Shown: positions 21,901 to 33,900 of the stretch, in pieces
Layout of the letters: the number at the start of each line of letters is the position of its first letter
Position numbering within the stretch: position 1 is the stretch's first letter
Assembly (NCBI RefSeq): GCF_031769215.1
Contig: NW_026782196.1
Span: 620,001-684,000 of the forward strand
Direction: 5' to 3'
Source: Ylistrum balloti
Lineage: Eukaryota
Length of the DNA: 64,000 nt
Position numbers and translations under genes: made by a program
Notes under the pieces: model-generated
Seen by the model: only the letters and a program-made list of their open reading frames with translations
What the model was told of the DNA's origin: nothing
The model's database searches: none

Positions 21901-24900
21901 ATCACCTTCATCTTCTTCCTTCACTGCAAGTTTCATACTATACGACTTCCTGAACTGATAATGAGGCTCTCTGTCACTATCTGCCTGTTCCAGACTCATT
22001 GTGCTGGTGAGTTTGAGCTCTCGTTCCAGAACAGGACAAGATTTGCGATATAATTCCTTTTGAGCATCTGAATGGAGAAGATTTGGGCAGATATAGAAAC
22101 TATTTTCTATCAAAAATAGAAATATCATATCCATTGAGGAGGCCATTATAGGAAGAAGTCATTTTAAAAAATCATTCAACATACTTTTCCTTTCTGTCCT
22201 GGACCAATATCTTGTGTCGTTGTCTATACACGTGAATCCATAATACTTTTGTTCCCTGATTGGTGCACATGGTTTAACTTCTCCTCGTAATGTAGGAGAC
22301 TACCAAAAATATTACTACCTATGTAATCCCATCCTTAGCCATTCAAGGCCCAGTTATGTTTTATAGTGTAACCCTCAAATCTGGTCCAATGTATCTAGTT
22401 TGAAGTCTAATCTCATTGATACACTGTTACACACATAGCCTAAAACTAAGTATCTTTTCACTGTGTTGGACATGGATACAATACAATTTCAGTTCACTAG
22501 TACTGTGTAACACTGGTGCCAGGTGTAGAAGTAGAATATGGGATAGATGACGGACGAGAGATTTCAGAGACAGACAATCCTTCAATATGACACCAGAACA
22601 AAAATATTAAGTTAAACAGAAAGGAATGAAATCCATCCAAACCAATACAAATCAACAATATTGAAAGATTTATAACAAGATAAAATCATTCATGTACAAT
22701 ATGTATCAAAAAACTTTATCTTATACAATGTTAAAAGATAAAATCAAAATGCAAGATCTTACTAATAACATCCATATATATCATCACAAAAAAGCAGATA
22801 TTTAAATTTCTTTAACATCCTAGAGGAGTATATACACGATCCAAATATGAAGAAATTTGAGAGTTTGGTTACATGATTATGAGTAGATATAACGAAGACA
22901 TGATGTAACCTGTATAATATTGTTTCACCATTCTAACGTTCCCCTGATTTTATCATGCCTCCCATGCTAACAGCTAGGACTTTTTCACCATGCACAACTA
23001 TCAACAGATATTGTATGAAGTGTTTATGATAGAAGCATTTAAACTCTATATAAGTCATGTGTGTACCTTTTGAGAAATTTTATAATGTTAACACTCCATT
23101 TTTTTTTTTTTTTTTAAATTAATCTACCTAGTTATTGTAATTTATTCTGAAGCTTTCTTCATTTCTACAACCAGAATGAATTTCTCTAATCTGTCAATCA
23201 TTTACATTTCGCACAGGATTTATTTCTGCCCCAATACATAATGGAGAGTCACTCCCGAATTCTTTTTTTTTTTTTTTTTAATTAAACTACCTAGTTATTG
23301 TAATTTATTCTGAAGCTTTCTTCATTTCTACAACCAGAATGAATTTCTCAAATCTGTCAATCATTTACATTTCGCACAGGATTTATTTCTGCCCCAATAC
23401 ATAATGGAGAGTTACTCCCGAATTCCAATCCCTTGTATTTATCCATTACTTGGTTAACTCTTGATGGGATCCATGTTGTTTCGGTAACCAATATCAGTCT
23501 TCAAGGACCTATGCCATTAATGAGTGATCATCGGTGAATTTAAGGTCATTTCTAGATCAGCATATGTGAAATCATGTATTCACAAATAGGTCTGAAGAGG
23601 TAAGTTTTCAAAATAAAGTATTAGCTGAACCTAAGTGATTTACAGTACTGGAAACTATAACTTCAGCAAACAATAAGTTCTGTATTAAAAGTCTATGTAA
23701 CAATGTAATTAATATACTTTAAGACAGGACCCTATACATATATTTCTTGGTTGCATTTAAGTTTTCTCTCTGTAATACTTTCAAAATTATCATGATACTG
23801 AATTCAGATACAAGCTACAATTAAATAAGGATAAAATATTCCAGTACCAAAACCAGTCCACACTACACATTCCTTTAGAAAATGAAGTACTCCTAAATTC
23901 ATACCTGCATGGTATCCCTGCTGCTGACGAATCATACTGGGACGAACCAACTGTTCACCGTTTTTCAATTGGTATGGGGGTGGACATGGGCTTTCTGTAC
24001 GTGGGGGCGGGGATGCCGAGGAAGGGCGCTCTGGTTCACTGTCAGATGTTGGCCCCCCGCGCAAGTTGTTAGGTTGGTCATATATAGGTTCAGACTCTTC
24101 TGTACTTTGGCTGAAAGCAAAATTAAAGTCAAACTTTATATCAAACAATAACCAGTGTATTTAACTATTTCACTTGATAGTTAATGGATCAGAATGATTT
24201 TAATTCTTTATCATACTTTAACTTTTCAAACTCGTCCAATTAACAAAATTTGCACAACCATGGACCAAGGGGAATCGAAATATGAAATCTGAGAATTTTC
24301 CATTCAGAATTGTATAAAAAAATTGCAAATATTTGCTTTGTTTTTCACTCATAAACAGCCAGAGATATTCTGAGGTGGTGGTCTTGTTGTAGTGCAGTTG
24401 GTTAGCAATAACAAGCAAACAATTGAAAATCCAAGATGGTTGTCTGGAAGCCTTTTTGCTTTTCTGAGACCCAAAATGGTCAATCCACTAACGGGATGCA
24501 AAATGCATATGAATTTGACTCATCCTGTATGTAGTGAAAATAGTGATAACAAACTGTAACTATCAAAATCCAAGATGGCCACCTGTTAGCCATTTGGTTT
24601 TAACAATTAGTCCCAAAATGACCAATTCATAACTTGGGACCAAGAGGAACATATACATGAAATTTAGGATTATTCATCTAGTAGGTCTCAAGAAACAGCA
24701 ATAAGAACAATAGTTTAAAGATGGATGGACAGACAGACAATTGGATGACAAACAGCAATAAGAGTAATTGTTTGAAGACAGATGGACAGACGATTGGATG
24801 ACAAACAAAACAGCAATAAGAGTAATTGTTTAATGACAGGTGGACAGACAATTTAATGCCAAACGAAAAGCACGCTGATCATGGTTGGTTGAAAATATTT

Positions 24901-27900
24901 TCCAAATTTCATTATGTGAAAGTATTCTATTATAGTCACATTGCTTAGACTACCGTATTTGGTCTTTAAACAAACTCAAGTTTGTTTTTTAAACACTACA
25001 TAGATTTTCAGCTTTTTTTTTGAGGAATATAATGATCACATGTAGGTAATTTAAGGCCACTGATTTTCAGAACAGAGTTTTAATTTACCTGTTACTAGTA
25101 CTGCTCTTGGTTGTGGGATAGATTTCAAATTGACGGGGGAGTGGGGCCGGGGGACGCTTGGGGTCAATGGAATGACAGGCTTGACCGTAAGCAGGGGGAC
25201 TGCTAGGTACACTGTAGTAGGACTCGGACACAACTTCACGCTTAAACCATGCCTCCTTAAAGAATGGGATGTATATCGGAGCTGAAATACAAAGAAATTC
25301 ATCTGAATCATATCAACAGTCAGTTCTAACAATGGAAGTTGAAATACAACAGGGAAATAAAAAGATAGAACAATGATGAATTTAACAATTACAATGAGTA
25401 TAATCCAGATTTAGGGTTTATCAGTGGATCTGTTTAACTTCCCTAATTTAAGGAAGAATTCTATTCCATTGTTAATATCACTTAAAAACATACAAAATTG
25501 TAGCATCTACAATATCAACTTCCAAGGTGACAAGTGAAACTTAAAAGGTGCTTTCAACTCATGTGCCTTTAACACAATCATCTATTAAATTCATTCATTC
25601 AATTTTGAGCAGTTTTCTTCCTTCTTCATACAACAAAATCAGGAAAATTTTTGTTCTTGGCATTAAAAGCAAAATGAAATAAAATACTGCGTAGGTTCTT
25701 TCACACTGCTAAAATATCTTGCACACTGGTCAGGTATCTTTGATCCAAAATACATCACTGCAGACAAAATGGTCTACATTGCTTACTCTGCTGTTGGAAA
25801 TTAGCAGTAGTCATCTTGAATTCCCCACCAAGAAAATCAGCCAATTGGTTGCCTTCAGAAATGAGATTTTGACTAAGCTCGTCCTTGAAGAAGATAGCTG
25901 ACCCACCGCTATCTGTTACCGCTAAGATCAGAATTGGTAGCACCTGCATCTGATTTCGCAAACTTTCTGCAAATGCCCTGAAGAGAGAACAAATGGTATG
26001 ACAATTCAATGAATTTCCACAAAAATAATGTAAATATTGGACTAAAGGAAGGTTGACTTTGTGATCATTTATTGAACCTTAAGTTATTGTGTCAAAACGT
26101 CTGAATATTTCCTACATCTACAAACTATATTAAAAAATATATGCAATTCATATTTCACTGTATATCCATAACAACAAGTCCATTTGTTGACAGTCTTACA
26201 TCTATATATGAATGGTATATACTGGTATTTTTCCTGTATGTAGGTAATTTCTATATACAGATGTACATGATTCACAGGCAGATTGAAATTAATATTACCA
26301 TCTGTCATGATTTCATTTCTCAGTCGGAGATAATCTGAGATTTTCACATTTTTTTTTCATTCAGTCTGAGTGGTTCCAGTTAAGCTCATTTAAATAATTT
26401 TCGAGACTGAAATAAGCGTAAAAAGGAGAAAGAATCCAGAATTTGAGCAAAAAACTTTTGAAAGCCACTACTTACTTCATTGTTGCATAAGATGCCTTTC
26501 TTTTAGTGGAAAATACTAATATGAAGCCATGGAACATGTGGTAGTCTTCATCATCCTTAAACATTTTGGACACAAAGTTGTGATAGGAAGAGATACATAT
26601 CTCAATCTTCTGTTTGGAAAAATCTGGACTGTTGTCAACATTGGTCTCCATGTTAATGGTAAACATAGAGCTTTGTGGATCAATGTCAATCTGGGTGGGG
26701 TTACTGTTCAGCAGGGGCCCAAGGGGGATCTCACAATGGAATGGGTCACCACACATCAGACACATCCCAATCCTTTCAATAAAAACAATACATATACAAG
26801 TGAATTAGAGCTACAAGGGCATAAAGTGGATTATAGTGTTTTTATCAAATAACATTTGTTTAAAGATACATTGAAGAACAATATTCATGGATGGACAGAA
26901 AAATCAGACTTGTGTGTATTTCTCGATAAATATAGTAATAGTAGTAATAAGATATTCAACAATCAGTGTTTTTTTTTTTCTTGATTTCACAGCAGTTTGT
27001 AGCATCATTATTGGAAAAATACAGTAGGATTATCTGAAAAATTGGGAGGAAGGAAGGGGGTGGGGTGGGGGAGAAATAACACACAATTTGGCTAATAGAA
27101 AAAGACTTTTTTCAGCTGTAAGTCAAGGCAAAAACTGAAAATATACTACACTGATTTGGTCATAACCTTACTGAATGAATATTGACCCCAGACTGGAGTT
27201 AAGATACAGGTTAATAGATAATCTGTGTTGACCCCAGACTGGAGTTAAGATACAGGTTAATAGATAATCTGTGTTGGAGCAATAAACAAGGCCTTAATAC
27301 ACCTATATATGTATTTGAATTGACCGAATGTGAAATCATATAGCTCAAATTGTCAAGACTTTAAGATTTTTTTTAATATATATATATTTTTCTTCTACAC
27401 AAATTCAATCTAGATCTTGACTGGATTTTCAAGCTTTGTTATGAAGACTATAGTTATTGTCCAACCTTATATAAAGGACATTTATAGTAACATTAGTGTT
27501 GAAGTGCTTTCCTATGATAATTACAAAACCTGTTTTATAAAATTTCAAATATTTATAAATGATAGTTAAAAAGGAAAAGATCACCTTAAATATCACCATT
27601 TTCATGTCACTTAATTTCCCTTACAACAAATTTAATTCGAGATTCCAATTAATTTTATATTCAATCATTAAAAGTTATCTGTCTAAATTAGAAAGAAACT
27701 AGACAACTAATAGATTTCAACATAACATCAGACTTACCGTAGGTCAGGCTCTAGGTCCTCAGAGCATGGACGGGATAAACTACCCTGCCCTGAGCCACGA
27801 ACCACCATTATCAGCGACTCCTCTATCTGTACAGGTGAAAATCTCAAACCATGATCTTCTATGTCATCTTCAGCTGGAATGTCTTTAAACTCACATCGCA

Positions 27901-30900
27901 AACTGAAACAACAAATAATAAAAAGATGAAAAATTTAGAAATTTCTACACCAAAGAAGAAACTTTTGTTTCCATTCTAAAAGGCAACATTTTCTTTCTTT
28001 TTGATGAAGAATCTACTGTATAATATAATAGCAACTGAAATTGTAAACTTTAAAGTGCTGTTTAATTCATTCCTGGCTCTATCATTTCTAATTCTAAATT
28101 TGTGTTAAAATGATATATTCACTTAGGTGTCTTTTGTCTAACCTATCAAATAATTATGTATATAAAAATTTATACTTTTTTCCTGATAGTCTGATAATTT
28201 GATTTTCTCAACTTAAGAATTTTACACTATTGACTAAAATACCTAAGTCAGTAAGTGACATTTTTGTACATATTTCTTTACTTATTTGTTTGAAATCTGA
28301 CCTTTAATATACAAATAGTAATTATTATATACACAATAGAGATCAGACAGGCAGTCATTCAGCAGGAGGTCAGCTGATTAAATAGCATGCTTAGTCAAAA
28401 AACCATGTTGTAAATAAACTAATCATACAACCAGTGACAGAAAGTGCAAAAATGTAACATAATATTTTCAACACCACTAAGAGAGGTCACATACTGCTAA
28501 ATCATATCATACAGTCATAGAGATGTACTGAGATAATATGAATTATAACACTGTTAACTGATAAAAGTGCCCTGACCTGCGTGCCAGCTCCTGTCCCCTG
28601 TGAGAGAGAATGATATGCTCCTTCTCTGTCAGGTCAGGATTAAAGGCATGTAGAATGATGATCGGTACACCATGTAATGTTTGGTTTTCATCACGCTGCA
28701 GATCTTCCAGCAATGTTGTCTCCAAGCTAGATCGCACATATTCCAGGGACTCTCGTGAATTATACACACAAAGACACCCTACAAAATCATTACATAAGTA
28801 TTCTACAATCAGAAATGAAATCAAATTAAATTGCTTGTATAACAATTCTTACCAAATTAAATTGATTGTATAACAATTCTAACCAAGTTAAATTGCTTGT
28901 ATAACAATTCTAACCAAGTTAAATTGCTGGTATAACAATTCTAACCAAGTTAACTTGCTTGTATAACAATTCTAACTAAGTTAAATTGTTTATATAACAA
29001 TTCTTACCAGTTTAAATTGATTGTATAACAATTCTAACCAAGTTAAATTGCTTATATAACAATTCTTACCAGTTTAAATTGATTGTATAACAATTCTAAC
29101 CAAGTTAAATTGCTTATATAACAATTCTTACCAGTTTAAATTGATTGTATAACAATTCTAACCAAGTTAAAAATTCTATTACCAAAGAAGCATGTACTAG
29201 TTCAGCACAGAAGATTGCTTGACCCAATTGTAAGTGTTATCAAATATGTGAATGATTAAAACGAATTAAAGACATGTCAAAGTTGTTTAAAAAAACAGAT
29301 TTCAGAGAAAAATTAAAAAAAAGAAACCTCAATGATATATCCCAGAATTAAAGTGGAAAAAATTCATATTAAAGTCAGTGATAAGTCACGTACTTACCAT
29401 GTGGTATAAAATTTGCAGTAGCAAATGAATTGTATTCTAATCTAACATCCTCTTCTATTGGTCTATAATCTAAACTATACACAGCACTTCGATAAGGAAA
29501 CATATCTTGATTGCACATATTCTGAAAAGATAAAGAATCAATGTATAAAAATAGGATGTAATGTTAAAGGCCATTTTGTTAACTATACATCTCCCATCTT
29601 TAGGATGATACCTTAGTCATGCCCAATGTTGAGATTTGTGTAAACATAGTGGTAAAGACTTGCGTGAATGTATAATTGTTCATGGGTACTAGATCATGGT
29701 AAGAGATGTTGTGTATGAAATTGGGTTGAAATACAAATATTTTAATGTAAGTTATTGAAATAAAAAAAAACAATCAAAATTGGACAGTTGTTGACCCTAA
29801 TATGTGATATATCACATCAAACTAAACTGATGTGTACGACTGACAATTAAGTCTAGATGTGTAATAAAATCTAGTCAAGTTTTGCAAGAAAGAAAATAAT
29901 ATGTTAAAACCAATTAGTCTTGTAAATTTAGCAACAACAGTTCTTCACCACATTTCATTTTTATGTCAAGGATTTCAATTTTCATATTCTGATTTTTCTT
30001 TGGATTCTACGCTGGTTGAGCTTTTTCTAAATGTTTTCAGCTAACCAATATTTCTTTACACAGAGGTCATACACCAAGATTTCTTTACACAGGATAAACT
30101 TACCAAGATTTCACTTACCAAGATTTCTTTACACAGTGTCACTTATCAAAATTTTCATTACACAGGGTTCACTTACCAAGATTTCCTTAAACTGGGAGTT
30201 TTCATTACACAGGGTCCACTTACCCATATGTTATTAAATGTATGACTGAACTTACCCGGATTTCTTTACATAGTTCTTCAGCTAGACCAGCCTTGCCTAG
30301 CAGCACCAAATTTAGGGCCTTCATTGAGCCCTCACCTTCAGATATAGAGGGCGGCTCAGATCTGGGGATACAAAGTCTTAATAAGCATGACTAAATCTAA
30401 TATGAAACAGGCTATATAAAATAAAAACTTTGAAACCATCCAATATGAAACAGGCTATAAAACGTCACAACTACCATACCTTCTAATAAATATAAGAAAC
30501 AGGATATATAGCTATAACTATGATACCATTTAATATTAAACTGGCTTATACGTGTCTACCATACAAATTCCTTGTACAGGTATCTATGTTTGACAAAAAT
30601 TTATACAGGACAGTCCACATTTTCCTATGAACAGTTGTTCAGTGGTTTCCATTTTGTGAAATTTTCAATTAAACTAGGAAAATACCCACATATTTCTTTA
30701 AACAATGGGATGACATCATCAGGAAGACACTCTGAGGCCTTCCTTTGATGATAAAGAACAACTTCTGTTGACTGAAGGTCAATGAATTATGATGATCTGA
30801 TGGAAACAATCATTGACTGAAGAGTAACAAAAGCCTACACAGACAGAAGATCCTTTTAGAAGTGTTTTTTTGCCCTTGAAAAATCATAAATATGAAAGTT

Positions 30901-33900
30901 GATAAAATTGACCTCACCTGAAAATGCGTCCCTCAAAGATATTTTGTAATTTTACTTCTGCACATGTATGTTGGAAGTAGCACCTGTCTCGTGATGGACA
31001 CTCCATAAACCCTAGCAGATTAAGGAGGATTGCCGTCCTTTCCTCGTTCAGGCGATCCATCACACGATATCTAGAGTGTACAATAGGATTCTGATGATTG
31101 CATGTATCAATTCTACTTACAGAAAGTAATTGGGAGCAAGTAAAATGATATATTTTAACATAAAACAGTGAAGTCGTGTCACCACTAAAGTCTGTGATCA
31201 AGCTTACAGGGGTCTGTTAAATGAAAAGCTAAGTATTTCTTCCTAATCTAACAGTAATAACAAAGTCTGAATTAATTTACTTCTGTTAAGTTTGAACGAC
31301 TATTGTAAAATGAAACCTCCATTTAAGCCCTGTACTTACTCCCATTCCAAGCTGCTAATTTGATCATGAAAGGTAAGCTTGTCGTAGGGTGTTTGAAGGT
31401 AAGCTTGTCATAGGATGTTTGAAGGCAAGCTTGTTGTAGGGTGTTTGAGGCTGAGAAGTCTCATAATTTTCACAATTTTACTTCAATTAGGAAAGTAAAT
31501 TGCACACTAAGGCTTACAGTAGGATCATCACACTAATTTCAGGTCACCACATTGCCCTGCAGTCACCAGGCCAACATTAAGATCACCACCTTGATCTTTG
31601 GTAAACCACTGGCCTAAGGTTATTGATAAAGATACTGTAGTTATAAATGTAAGCCTTATTGATCCAGCCACTAGTATTCTGGTTTTCACAACAAAAACAA
31701 GGTATTTTCAATAAAATTTTCTTTCCTATTCCAATACGTATAGATATCAATAAGCTTGTTGCTCAAAAATCTGAGTATTCATACATGTATCAATAATGCA
31801 TTGCACTGTCATCTCACAATCTGGACGCTAATAGCTGCGGTTGAAGGTGGCAGGATTACAGACATTTGATTATGTTGTTCTATAAACTAAGACGTCTTTA
31901 ACACTTACCGAGGGTCATCCTCTATATACTTGGTAATGGTACGGATGTCTTCCTGTGTGATCGTATTAGGTGTATTCGACATGTGAATGAATATCTCCAG
32001 CTTCTCCCAAAGCAGTTCCTGAAAATCCTGACGGGCAGCGGTTTTAAGGTCATGCTGGTGTGCATCATACACCTGTTCACGTTCATACGGTTTGAGATCA
32101 ATGTAACAGTCTCTGCCCAAAAATGAAAGGTATGTCTCTTCCAATGACTTTCCAGGCGACACTTCTGGAGTCTCCTCCAATAATTTTTTAAACTGTCTCT
32201 TCAACCTTTAGCAAAAATAGCATGAGATTTTACTGACAATAAGTTCATTCAATATGATTACAATATAATGAACTGCAAAGGAGAGGATGTTTAGATATAG
32301 GAATGAAGCTTCTGATGAATGTAATAATAATCAGCCAGGAAACAGCAGTATTGGCAATGGTCTGATGAAAATGAGAATTTTAAACAATCTTTTTAAATCA
32401 GAAATTTGCCATATTTACAACAAAAAAAAGTACTATGAAACCCAAATCAATGCTGATTTTACATAAATTCTCAACTGCCTAATTAATATCATATACAACA
32501 TAAAATAATTGTTTTTCTTAGTTAATTTTTTGGAACTAATATATTATGTAGATGTGTTCCTTGTCCAAGACACTACACCACATTCACAGTACATACTGAA
32601 GTTTCCTGTGTACATACTGAAGTTTCCTGTGTTGGGCTTGCAGGGCGTTGAAATGATTGCGGAAGCACGTCTCAGCATCACAGGAGGACAGGAGATCAAA
32701 TGGGATGCGTGTCTCCTGATAGTTATCAACAAAATGAGGAGTCGTTTTCCAACTGTCATTCTCATAGCATACCTCCACAAAATACTCTTCAAAATCTGGG
32801 TGTTGTCGGATCATCCGTTGACAGGAAGTCCAACTGAAATATGATATCAATTCTCAACAAATTAAGTATTGTAAGAACACATATTTAGGGTATTATGTAA
32901 TGGAATCATATTTCTTACCATACAGCAGTGAGACAAATTCAAGGAAAAATATTCAGCACTTTCTATTTATCTTCCATTTACAAATTATCTCTTGATACAA
33001 TTTGCAGGAGTGAGCTTATTGTACAATAGTATATTGAAAAAGTCTTTGATGGATTGTTGACCCAAACACTTGGCTGCTTGTCCCTAACACCTGACTGCTT
33101 GTCCCTAACACTTGATTGCTTGCCCCTAACACTTGGCTGCTTGCCCCCAAAACTTGACTGCTTGCCCCTAACACTTGACTGCTTGCCCCCAACACTTGGC
33201 TGCTTGCCCCCAACACTTAACTGCTTGCCCCGAACACTTGACTGCTTGCCCCTAACACTTGACTGCTTGCCCCTAACACCTGACTGCTTGTCCTTGACAC
33301 CTGACTGCCTGCCCCTAATACTTGGCTGCTTGTCCCTCACGCTTGACTGCTTGCCCCAAACACTTGACCTCTAGTCCCTAACATTTGGCTACTTGCCACG
33401 AACACTTGACTGCTTGCCCTTAACATTTGAATGAATGCCTCTTACTCTTGACTGTTTGTCCTAACACTTGACTTCCAGCCCCCCTACACTTGACTTCTTG
33501 TCCCAAACCTTTGTCTGGAACATACATCTATGACCCAAAGACATTTAACTGATGCCCCTGAACCCTGTTATTTGTCAGGCTAGAACCTCTGACCTTTCCG
33601 TGATGGTGTTGAGGTCTGGGAGGAAGTGCTGGAGGACATCAGGTAATTGTTGGAGATAGTGACTCTCTCGTCTGCGTATTTGATCATCACACAGGTGTTT
33701 AATATGTAGTCTGAACAGTTTACGTGCAGATTCAGTTCCAAAATGCTCAATATAATGTAAAAAGTCTGATTCCTTTTCTAACTTCTTGCGTGACGGTGCC
33801 CATACAGCCTTTGGGTCACCAATGTTGTTGCGAAGCAGGCTACAATAGGCCTCTGTTGCCACATCTAGTAATTCCTTCCGCTGTCGAACAGCTTCGGAGA

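Noticed and set aside
27043-27072. G-quadruplex-capable tract
   Set aside because: Single short intronic G-run cluster on the template strand with no further support.
31340-31351. 12-nt microexon candidate (cag|CTTGGAATGGGA|gtaagt) in intron 4
   Set aside because: In frame with a strong donor, but no pyrimidine tract and it would split the conserved DPRY motif.
32978-33374. RGKQSSV / LGASSQV / LDCLP repeat ORFs
   Set aside because: Products of the 21-bp minisatellite.
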